DNA of 64,000 nucleotides from Chrysomallon squamiferum (lineage: Eukaryota > Animalia > Mollusca): positions 37,510,001 through 37,574,000 of the forward strand of contig CM022670.1 in the NCBI GenBank assembly GCA_012295275.1, read 5' to 3'. Below the pieces are notes generated by a model. That model did not search any database and had not been told where the DNA came from. It was given only the letters and a program-made list of their open reading frames with translations. The translations under genes were made by a program, and so were the position numbers. This document shows, one piece after another, positions 13,176-25,550 of this stretch. Numbering within the stretch: the stretch's first letter is position 1; each line of letters starts with the position of its first letter.

Positions 13176-14847
13176 TATTATCCGTATTGAGTACAGAACA
13201 GAATTGTTCAGTTTCCACCCGTGTAGGAGTAACAGTCGATTCTGCAGGCCTAAATTCGTTAAAGTAGTTATTAAAATAATTTTATTACATTTTCACCAAA
13301 GCACAGGGATTAATTGTAAATAAATATGTAACTGCCCTACAACGAAAAATTTTCACTATGATTTGTCATAGTTGGCTTTATAACGTGAAATAAAGAGACT
13401 TACAGATTCTGCGCATATTATTTTTCAAACTCGCATAGATACGCTTGTATTTTCCTGTATACAAGTGAAACTACACACACACACACACGTAGAGTAAATT
13501 TTAATATAGATGAGATTAACGTTTCATATCCTGTACATATGTAAATAATTATGATAATAAATTTGGCTTATATTTTATTCTTGATTTTTTTTTTTTCCCA
13601 TTGTCAAATGAAAGAAGACCTTTGGTCACAGTCAACAAGCTTGTTTTATAAAGAAATGCAACAAAGTCGTACACATAATTAAATAAATAAAACCTTACCA
13701 AAAAAAGAAAAAGAAAAAAAAAATGTGTTAATAATAATAATCTTATCATTAGTGCTGAAAATCTGATTATAAAAAGAATAGCGTGTGTGTCCATACTCTA
13801 CAATAATCCTTATTGTGTTTACTTTTCGTCTGTGTGTATTCCTTGACTTTATGTTCTTAACACTCATAATCCAATGAACGAAACTTTAATAATAACTTAT
13901 TACTTCAGGACTTACTGTGTGTGTTACACTGTAGATGTGATACAGTGCCGAAATAACAAGAAAATAATGCTATCTGTTCTTGTTCAATTTTAATCCTTGT
14001 ATCCTCGGTTTATTAATATGTAAAAGTATATTGTATGTAATATTTGCTTATGAAACGTGTACTATTATTATCTTGTACCAGTCTGTCTAATATGCTTGTA
14101 ATATTAGTATCATTATTAATTATACCGTGTAATAATGTGTTTATTAAACCTGTAATATCGGTACCTTGCAATTATTATATATTTTAATAAATATTTAGTG
14201 TATTAAAATATACTAATTATTAATACACACGTATTTGTTTATTTAATTTCTAATATTAGTTTTTTTGCATTAACCACGGCTTGTAATATTTGTTTGTTTA
14301 ATTTTAATATTAGCAACTTGTACTAATTATTAATTATAATATCTGTTTAATAAACTTGTGCTTTTGGTACATTGTGTATTATTTACGCTTTATAACATTT
14401 GCTTACTATGGCGTAAAACAAACACCAGTTAAAACCTGTTTACAAAATCATTGCTTAGCCCGAGTATCATTTGGCAGAGAACAACTCAGACGGACATATG
14501 GATGGATATCGCTGGTTCCCCGCCAGAGATAGGTCTGTATCGTTTTTTTTGTTGTTTTTTTTTTGGCTAAACTCATTTAACAGTAATTTTGACTTTACGT
14601 TCCTTTAGATCGGTCATTTTGGAATTGGCTGGTACCATAAAAAGAACAATGTAGTTGTACATACACACGCTACAAGATCCTTATCATAAGATGGCGGACT
14701 CGGAAATCTTCGGACGTTTGAATCGATCTCAGTCGTGACGTAAAGGTCAACTGATTTCATATTAGATCATCTATATTTAAGAAGAAGAAGAAGAAATTTA
14801 AAAAAAAAAAAAAAAAAAAAAATTAATAATAATAACAAATAATCATT

Positions 14848-14893
14848 TTCCTCGGCGGAGATTTGAACCACGGTCCTTCACGTGACAGGCGGG
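14848..14893 (-). pseudogene. tRNA-Asp(GTC)-derived fragment or tRNA-SINE head (second copy ~31441-31487)
   Basis: Minus strand reads CCCGCCTGTCACGTGAAGGACCGTGGTTCAAATCTCCGCCGAGGAA, resembling the anticodon arm, T-arm/B-box and 3' acceptor strand of eukaryotic tRNA-Asp. The 5' half and D-arm are absent. Confidence 0.6.
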
Positions 14894-15319
14894 CCAAGTA
14901 GTATAGTTTTTTAGTTTTTTTATTGCGTCTTTGCACCATTCCATGATCGGATGACTAAACCAGTTTTACAAGTGGATTCGAGAATTAATGTATAAAAAGG
15001 GAAACTATTTGCAGTCGGATAAAATATTATTTCTAAATAGTAACAATAAAACTTATATTTATATAGCACATTTTGCATTAATACTGTTCAAATCAGGTTG
15101 ACAATACTACTCTGTTGACAGCAATAAAATAATAAAATGCAAAACACAGAGGAGTAGTAAGTGTATAATAAACACTTTAATGTAGGCCTATATTTGATTT
15201 AAAACCGCTGGAAGTATCAGTTCTCTAAAATACTCCAGACTGTAGTGGCATATAAGAGAAAGCCAGCTCATCAGATGAACAAGTTCGTGTGAAACCACAT
15301 TGTTTTATTTTGTCTGAAG

Positions 15320-15448
15320 GTAAATGGGGAGAATGGAAAGGAGAAAACTGTAGTGTTTGTGGCTCAGACTGTATACGAGTACGGAATTTCGCCCGAGTTT
15401 GAGAATTTCGTTCGGTCTGCTTAGGTCTGATTGAATACACAGAAATAC
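15320..15448 (+). pseudogene. Thrombospondin type-1-like exon remnant (in-frame TGA in this copy)
   Basis: AG|G KWGEWKGENCSVCGSDCIRVRNFARV*EFRSVCLGLIEYTEI|GT. A 129-nt phase 1-1 exon with a WxxW...CSV.CG...RxR pattern. Confidence 0.5.
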
Positions 15449-15771
15449 GTAAAAAAAAAAAATGCTTGCAAGCGCGATAAGTGTTCTTCTCTTAGTAGTA
15501 GCAGTAGTAATAGTAGTAGTTGTAGCTTTAGATGTAGTGGTAGTACAAAGGCTGCTCGATTATTACTGCTACGATTACGTCTACCGCTAGTACAAGAATT
15601 CTAAAGTCGCTACTGCTGTAGATTTTGCAGTGTTTAGAAATATGTAATTTTATATGTGTCTTCTTTTGTAGGTTGAACCCTGCTGATGTCGAAGAATCTA
15701 AAACAATAAATATTCATCTGGAAGAAACGGTGTTTATTTCGTTATTTCATTGTGGATATGTCTCTGTGTAT

Positions 15772-15810
<39 letters not shown>

Positions 15811-15889
15811 TGTGTATGTGTGTGTCTGTGTGTGTGTGTATGTGTCTCTGTGTGTGTGTACATAATAATGGTGATTTAAATAAAAACAG

Positions 15890-16470
15890 AACTCCACACA
15901 CGTTGCGACAACATGCCGTCTGACGAAGATCTCCGACGTCGTCTGCTTCCGCTTTGTTCGTAAGTATATAAATATGACGTCAACAATTACAAAAACGTCA
16001 CTGGCTGTTCGTTGGTTAAGTGGAAGGTCGTGGATTTTGGAGAACTTCTGCTTTTGCCTTTTAAAATATTCACTAAAGTGAAAGTCACCATAAATATGTT
16101 TAATATTAATCATTAATAATATACATACAAAAACTGTCTCATACTACTAGTACTAGTATATACAACTTGCATATTTGTCTTTTTCTCTGCGTCTCACTAT
16201 CTCATCCCTCTCTCTGTAATTTCGTGTATCTTTGTGTGTGTGTGTGTGTGTGTGTTATAATGACTTAAATGACAACTGAACTCCACAACAACATGGCGTC
16301 TGACGAAGATCTCCGACGTTGTCTGTCTGCTTCCGCTTTCTTCGGAAATCTATAAATATGACGTCAACAATTGCAACAACGTCACTCGCTGTTCGCTAGG
16401 TAAATGGAAGATCGTGGATTTGGGGGAACTTGTAAAATATTTTGAAATATGCTGCTGCGATCGGAAATGG
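15890..16470 (+). repeat. Diverged ~170-bp direct duplication of a coding-like segment (~15890-16045 vs ~16279-16432; again at ~32444-33030)
   Basis: Both copies share AACTCCACA...GTCTGACGAAGATCTCCGACG...TATAAATATGACGTCAACAATT...TGGAAG.TCGTGGATTT. Confidence 0.75.
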
Positions 16471-18710
16471 TCGGTGAGTACATCAAATTTAATTCTACGT
16501 CATTTATTTTCCAGGACATTTGTCAACTTGGTATCAGGATTCAGTGACTGAGTATTCTGAAAATGAATCTTTGGTTAAAAGGCACATCACTTCTCGGCAA
16601 AATTTGTTACAGATTGTGTGCAGAAGGCCTCCAGCACAAATTCTCTGAATGTTTTTCTCTTCTCAGCTGTGATTGGATGAGTGAATGAAACAGATTTGTG
16701 ACAACAACACGAAAGATGTATTCATAACAGTATTAATTTTTATATACTGATTTATTAATGCACAAAAAATGCCATCATACTTAATATGAAAACATAATAA
16801 ATAAAACGGACACTTGATTAACAACAAACAAGTTATCAGACCACAGATTTCACCAGCTTGGAATGAAAAACTATCACTATGTAAATCACAAGGTAACCAG
16901 AATAAGGACAAATCTGTTCTTTCTAATCAGTATTAAATACATTCAGGGGTGTTTAATGGCGACTTCAGTTTAATGACTTTTTCATTTGCAAAAGTAATAC
17001 ATTTTTAAAAATAATCCATTTTTGCAGTACCTTTTCACAAATCGATATTAAAGCTTTCAGGCAGAAAAATTTCAACTTTAAACTGTACAATTTGTTGAAA
17101 CATGTCAAAAGATTATTAATCCTTTATGCAAGTTTTAAAAATAGTGATTTCTAAAAAAAAAAAAAATTATAATACAAAATTAAGAAAACATGTTAATTAA
17201 AATTGTCACGGGAATGGTGTATATCATTTTCACAAATTTCGATTTCTTGACTTTGATTAATTAACTATAATCTGATGCACAGACTGTAAGCCTGTACATA
17301 TTAGATATAGTAACTTTAAGTTTAAATTACTTCATGCTCCAAATTCTGAGGAAGATTGTTCACGAGTATTTCATATGCATATACTGTCTTGATGACATTT
17401 AATGCAATACAAATTATTTGAAATTAAATTATAAATAAATAAATAAATAAATAAATAAATGCTTATTTTAAGTAGCTACTAAAAGCATGAAACAAAAGTT
17501 ATGATGTGTAATATTAAATGATGGATTGAGTTTCTTTACAGTGCCTGCGAAGGGACTCTGATTCCATGATGCACTGTATTATATAAAAATGAAGATATTA
17601 TAGTGGCTCTTCTGCTGTACAAATGCTTTGAAAACAGATGAATGGTTTCACCCAAGGAGGAATGAAATTAGAGGAGAGTAAGATGAAAATTACTTAAAAC
17701 ATACAAAAACTAAGTTGTCAGTGCCTGGAAGAAATAAAAGAAACTGGATGAACCAGATGTTTATTTGAAGCATCAGAAATATTACCATTAAACAAAGTTG
17801 CTGAATTTGATATACTGTACCTATTCATTAAAGAGGTGATAAAAAATGAGTGAAAATAATTTATATTGAATACATTTTTAGTTCTGGTAATGAACTATTG
17901 ACACTATTATGTAAATGACATTACTATTATGAAGATGAACAGTCAGTTAAATTTTATCACTTTTAAAAGAGGAAGACGAGGAATTTTTACACTCAGTTAT
18001 ATATATTACATTACTTACAATGAACTGCCTTTCTTATATTTACAACTCCAAATAAAGGCATTACAAAAATTAAAAAAAAAGCAACTTGTTCAGTATTAAT
18101 ATCGCCAAAAACGTTATAATTAAAAAAAAACTAGTATCACTTACATGTACAATGCATTATTATTATTGTAGCATGAAAAACAAATCAATTTGCAATGCAG
18201 TAACATGCAGTGACTCTTGCTACAACGGTTTAAACAGTGCTACATTCTGTAATTGTGTAAACAATTTTCTGTTATGTTCTCATAAAAATCAAACGAGTAT
18301 GTGAAATAGTCTTGACCAATGTTAATTAATTACATAAAATCTTCCATATATTCAATAACTGTGAAATTCACTCATTTAACTCCTAATCAAGCTGTAACTT
18401 TGTGTGTATGAACAATCAAAAAAAAAAGAACAAACATTTTCTGTCTGCACCATGCATTCGTCTCATTCTTACACAGAGTTTTAATAATTTATTTTGATTA
18501 GATGCAGTTCATTTGATTTGGGTGAAGACATTATTATTATCATTATTACTTTTTTTTTTTTTTAGATGAAGAAGAACATGTCCTGTTTTGGTAATATATA
18601 TATATATATACATATATAGTTGACCTTGTGTCTGGATAATCAGCATCACTTTTTCTTGGATGTAGTTGTTAAGTATTTCTGTAATTTAAAAGCAAACATC
18701 GCTGGCTATG

Positions 18711-18881
18711 TTAACTCAGTTCAAAACCTGATCCTGATTCCACAGCATACAACAGTTTCACTTTCATTGTCTCTACGTCTTTGAACTCGGGCAGTTTGAG
18801 CAGGTTCATGCATGTGCTAGCAGTTGGAAGTCTCTCTGGTTCATGGGCAACACAAAGCACACAAAACGGTGGGTACAGATC
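18711..18881 (-). pseudogene. UBE3C: Orphan terminal coding exon of HECT E3 ubiquitin ligase UBE3C
   Basis: polyT-AAAG acceptor, then [56 protein letters not shown]. This matches the UBE3C C-terminus ([15 protein letters not shown]...GFELS, including the catalytic Cys). No upstream exons were recognised in the window. Confidence 0.88.
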
Positions 18882-19275
18882 CTTTAAAAAAAAAAAAAAA
18901 AAAGGACAAATAAATAAAAAATAAATGAATAAATAAATATGTGTGTGAAGAATGAAATAATAAGTTAGGATTTTGAAGAAAGAACGAAAGAAAGAAAGAA
19001 AGAAAGAAAAGAAGAAAGAGAGAAAAGCAACATTTTGGAGGGAAAAACATAAAAATAACAGAAATAAATCACATATAATTTGCGATTCTTGGAAATGCTG
19101 ATGATCTTGTTTACGTTCGATAACAGCACAGTGTTAACGTACAACCTTTTTGTACGGCGCAGACTGTGAAATGTTATGACAGTGTCTCACAATAAAATAA
19201 AATGTAAAAAAATGTAAAAAAAAAGAAAATAAAAGTCTAGTCAGTCTTATGAGTAATACGGCCCTAACTTCATTT

Positions 19276-19306
<31 letters not shown>

Positions 19307-21078
19307 ATCCTTTATTCAAAGAAATCTATTACAGCAAATGCTAGAATCGGAATGTTTTCAATTATTATTTATTCCTTGAAAAAAAAAAACAAAAAAACCC
19401 CCCACAGGATTTTTTTGTTTTTCTTTGAAAAAAACAAACAAAATAACACAGGATTTTTGTTCCTTACGCTTTAAACTGTATTCATTTACATAACAAAAAC
19501 ATTTTAAAACCTTGGCCATGTTATTTAAAGTTTATATGCTCTGAGGAGGTCTGATTTGAAATGTTTGTGCAAAGACATTTTCAATATATGTGATTTCAAT
19601 TATAACTGAAACCAAACGAGGAACCCGTTGTAATTTCTTTCTTTCTTGTATACAGAATTAAGAATTAACAACAAAAGTATAAAATTAAAGAAAGAAAGAA
19701 AGACAAGGTATCATAAAATTTTATATATATATAAAAAAATAATAATAAAAATAAAAAATGAAGAAGTAGAAAAAAATTCTGAAGGAAAGAAGAAAGAAAT
19801 ATTCAACATATTAGTAAAGTAAACCATTTTGGGGGCACCGTCTAGAACAGGAATTAAGTCACTAGGCGAATTAAAAGATAAGCCGACCTATCGCTTATTA
19901 GCTACAACGAAAAAAGGATTAGTGTGATAGACGTTTAACATAATTATACATAACAGAGCAACTCCTTCGTTTCTTTAAACACAACATACAACTAAAACTA
20001 GCCTAAAAAAAATATATATATTTCTACTGATTCTGAAATCTAGCTCGTTAACAAACAGTATTATTCAAAGGAGAATTTAACGAAATCTGATAGTTACAGG
20101 TTTGTGATATTTAAAACTATCAGTCCAAAGAAAAATAATTTGTTACAAGCAGAGTTTTTAAAATGTTTTAACAAAACGGTGTGTCTGAAAGTTCGATTTA
20201 TTAATCAGACGATAAAAATGTTTCCGTCCCAAAAGTCAGACGACTTTTTGATAGATAAGAAAAGATAAGCTGATTCATTAGGATCCATTATTGTTATTCA
20301 TACTGTCCGTATTATGATTATTATTATTATCATTATTATTATTATTGTTAGTAGTTTAGTAGTATTGATAGTAATAGTCGTAGTAGTAGCAGTAGCAGTA
20401 GTAGTAGTAGAAGGAGTAATAGTCGTAATAAGAGGGAAAGGGGCTGCAAATCTGAAGGTTTAAGATGATCATAGAGATTTTTAAATTTAAAAAAAAAAAA
20501 AAAATGTGTTTGATTTATTTTTCTGTGGGAAAGGGGAAATGGAACCAGAGGTTATTACTGGAGTGGTGAGATTACTTCGATAAATATTTTTATTTAAGAT
20601 AATAATAAAAAAAAAAAAAAAAAATCCGCAGAGGCCTGTGAGGGGTGACGATGGTCACAAGTAGTAAATAAGTGATAACACCAACTGGGTTTTAAAGGGC
20701 GTGTATCTTGAACACAGAAGTCCAACACACTGAACGTCAATGAATATTCGCAATATCTGCATAGGCTGGACAGTCCAGAAGGACCGGCATTAATTTTGAT
20801 CGTGTTAAAAAGAATAAAAGTTACGAAAGCCGATCGCTTGCTGCGTCTACTAATATTAAAGGTGACCGTAACTTAGCTACTCACAATTCGCAGCGTTTGC
20901 TAGCGAGCGCCCTCTATCTTTAATTTATATGTGCTAAAATAATTTATCATATCATATCATATATAACCAACAATACATACGAAGTGTTTATTTCCTTTTT
21001 CTTTATCTGCAAGTGATAAACGTTCTAGAAACACGATATTACTGGTTCTTGGTCTCAGTGATTCATCCACAAACAGCT

Positions 21079-21540
21079 ATGCTGGTTGTTATTCTCTTAC
21101 TGTTCTGTGCGAATAATATAAACTCTTCAAAGACAAGTGAGTATAAACAGCGTTTTTTTATTTTTTAGTTATACTGTTGTTAAAAAAACAATAGAAAGAT
21201 AAACATACTCTCTCAGTCTCTCTCTCTCTCTCTTTCTCTACATATATACAGTCTATCTTTTATTTTTCTGTATCTCTATTTCCTTTTATTATTTATTGTT
21301 TTCGTGTATCATTATTTACTTTACATACAGTCTATTTTTATTGTATCTCTATTTTTATTGTTTTGTATCATTATTTTTCTTTCTTTGTCTTTTTTCTTTC
21401 TTTACATATACACACACATACATACAGTCTATCTTTTATTTTTCTGTATTTATTTCCTTTTATTTTCATTCATTTTTCTTTGTCTTTGTTTTCATTCATT
21501 TTTTTCTGGTGTTGTTTCCCTTTAAGTCATACGCTTTCAT

Positions 21541-21629
<89 letters not shown>

Positions 21630-22215
21630 ACACACACAGACACACACACACAAACACACACACACTCACTCACACACACATACGCTGACAGACACAAAGA
21701 CACACACATGTCTATAAACATGGTAATTATAGATCTCTGAATTTCAGGTAACTACATTTGTCCTAAATCGGGCGCATGGATGTTAAAAGGCAAGAAATGC
21801 TATAAATGGGGACCATCACCAAAAACATTTACAAGCGCCAGAGAATTTTGCCAGTCAGAAAACGCCAAAATCCAGGTGCCGGAAAATGAGGAAGAAAACA
21901 GCTTATTTATAGGTATAATGAAGTTTGATTGTCAAATCTGTTACGGGAACAAAACCGACTGTCTCTCTGCCTCGTTATAATAAATAAATAAATAAACAAT
22001 AATTAGTAGTAGTACTAGTACTAGTAATACTTGTTGTTGTTGTTGTTGTTGTAGCAGTAGTAGTACTAGTAGCAACAGCAACAGTAAAAATATTATTTAA
22101 AATACAATATTTTATTTTTTAATTATTTCAGAACAAGACAGCAGTGCAAAATATTGGCTGGGATTGTCACCAGATGAAGAAAATGTTCGTGAAAAATCTT
22201 TCAGTAATGTACAGT

Positions 22216-22292
<77 letters not shown>

Positions 22293-22469
22293 AAAAAAAA
22301 AGCCAAATGCTTGATGTGTGTATGTGTGTGTGCGTATACATGTATATGTATATGTCTGTGTATATATGCATATGCATGTGCATATGTGTGTATGCGCGAC
22401 TGTGTATATATGTGTTAAGCTGCAACAAATTCATTTCTACTGACCCACTGCAAATCACTGCATCTTTTG

Positions 22470-22518
<49 letters not shown>

Positions 22519-23384
22519 AGATAAGAAACACAAAATTCTCCAAATGGAAAAATTACTACGGTTATCGTGGGAGTGAATGCCCCATCTGGGAATCTCACAC
22601 TGGATACTGGGAAACCTCCTCATGCAGCAACGTCCATTTATTTCTGTGTGAAAAAAATGCAGGTAAAACGAACGTTCCAAAATATAAACCTACTGAGATC
22701 GTCACATACCACCGAATTTATGTCGATGTATTATTACTAAATGATTAAGACCATAAACAGGACAAACTAGTGGATAAACCCATTCTGAATACTTTTTTTT
22801 TTTTTTTTTTTTTTTGGTCTTTTTTTGTCTTTCTTTTTTTCAAGTAATTAATCTTGGATTTAATATCGCTAAATGGCCTTTATAATTAAAGGAAATTGAG
22901 GTTCTAAATGCTAACGTTTAACTGTTGTTGTTTTTAAACTTTATTTAGAGATTGATAGTCATGCCAAGACATGTCACTGCTACGGAGAAACCTGTAACCT
23001 TATATTCGGCACGTGCAAATACGGCTGTCAGGACGGATGGATGGGAAAATCGTGTGAAATGCGTAAATATTTTTTTTGAGTGTTTTTTTCTTACTGCGCT
23101 GCTGAATGATGATGATAACGGCAGTGATGTGGCGAGGGAAAATCGTGTGAATGATAACGGCAGTGATGTGGCGAGAGTGCACGAGTACTCACTGGGAAAC
23201 GTGGTTATCTTTCTGAAAACCAAGCAAAACAAAAACCAAAAAATAGAAAATAAAATAAAAAATTCAAAATTGATTTCATGAAAAGCAGGCAGATGTTCAA
23301 CGTAGTTCTAACTAGTTCAGTTTTTCTTTCATCTTCTTTTTCTTCTTCGTCTTCGTTATTATTATTATTATTATTGTTGTTGTT

Positions 23385-23423
<39 letters not shown>

Positions 23424-23501
23424 GATATTTCAAAAATCCTATACCAAAAATAAACAAATAGCAATTCACTCCCATAAAAAATATTAATGATGATGATGAT
23501 G

Positions 23502-23556
<55 letters not shown>

Positions 23557-23630
23557 GGAAAATTTAATGAAATGAAATAAAATAAATAAACAAACAAAAA
23601 ATAACTACAACAACAACTTATAATAATAAT

Positions 23631-23684
<54 letters not shown>

Positions 23685-23821
23685 ATGAAATGATTATTAC
23701 ATTAATACACTCACTTATTTTATATGATTTTTTTCTATTTCACTGCAGGTAAAGTCCCGGTAACAGGTAGGTTTAATATTTAATAGTTAACAAATGTATT
23801 TATTTATTTATTTATTTTTTA

Positions 23822-23855
<34 letters not shown>

Positions 23856-24038
23856 TTAAAATCATTTGATTGTATCTTCCAACGGTTCTGTTAAAAATAT
23901 TTCAAGATATTTAATTTTAACTTATATCTAAATTTTTCAAATATCAGTAGAGCTCAATCGAACATTGGATTATTTCAATTGCTCCGTAAATATTTTATTT
24001 AAGGCTGTAGTACGTGCTAATATGTATGTGTATGTATG

Positions 24039-24069
<31 letters not shown>

Positions 24070-24546
24070 TATGATCTTATAATTTATAAACATGCTATAG
24101 ACACAACAGTATGACAACTATATTATAATATAATTTTATTATTTTTGATTTGATTTCTGAACGTAATTAATGAACAGCTGTTTCTTTTCTTCTTCTTCTT
24201 TTTTTTCTTTCTTTTCTGAAGCACTTTATTACTGCTTAAATTCACGTGATCGTGGAAAAAAACTTTTAATAATACGAGCCGATCAACATGGAATCAATTA
24301 CAGAAATGTGGTAGCTCTGGACAAGTCCGACAACCCTGTACAGACGTGTAATAAGAGTACTTTCAGTTTTGTGAACAAACAGCTTCATCTGACAATCAAC
24401 AGTCCGATTAACTCCAGCGACTTTGAACCAGAGTGTGGAGCTGAGCACGTACGTTTTTATTTGTGTGTTAATTAAATTAATTAATTAATATATATATATA
24501 TATATATTATTTATTTATATCTTTATTTTTTTTCATTTACTTTTGT

Positions 24547-24593
<47 letters not shown>

Positions 24594-25276
24594 TTTTTTT
24601 TTTTATTATTTTTTTTTTTATTTCCTTATGACAGGAAGTAAATGATTTCGCAGGTTGACCATCAGTAAACAGAAATTCCGAAATCCGAAAACATCCGAAA
24701 TCTGAAACCTTTTTTTTTTTTTTTTTTTTTTCTGAGCAGCCGACCATTTAGTGTACTCAGGCTTTATTTCATGCAAAAGTTATTAAAAAAATGTTGTACA
24801 AAACTGCGTTCAGGCTATTTACTTAGACTGCAGTTAAAAAATAAATAGACTGCGTGATTAAAACGTGTATACCATTCTCGTGATTTCTGTAGATATTCCC
24901 CAATTAAGGAATCGGCGATATTTCTGACCTTAAGCATTTCGGATAACCCGTACTTTTTGCATTAAGAATATTAACATTATTAACATATAGACAGATATAG
25001 ATATTAATATTGATATATGTTCCTTCTACTGATTTTCTTTTTCTTCAGATTTACCTAATTATTTTTATATCTTGCTACAGATCTCGGCTAATATTTACAA
25101 ATGGAAATTCCTGTTCGCCGAGTTTAGCGGGACAGAATCTGTCTATGACGTTATATTTGAAATGACATGTGACTTTGATAAAGCGGACAGCCTAAGAACA
25201 GAATCGTCAACTGACAATAAGAGGTAGTGTTTAGTTTCAAAATTCCTGCACAGAATTAATTTTCAAATAATGATAA

Positions 25277-25311
<35 letters not shown>

Positions 25312-25340
25312 ATATATCACACAGTTTTAATAATAATATT

Positions 25341-25401
<61 letters not shown>

Positions 25402-25496
25402 CTGAAAATTCAGTGACAATACGAACTCGACGAACATTTGCATAAACACTGTGAATGTAAACAATAATATAAATAATTATAATACTGATAACAACA

Positions 25497-25550
<54 letters not shown>

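Noticed and set aside
14848-14893. Functional tRNA-Asp gene
   Set aside because: The 5' acceptor strand and D-arm are missing and the stems are mismatched.
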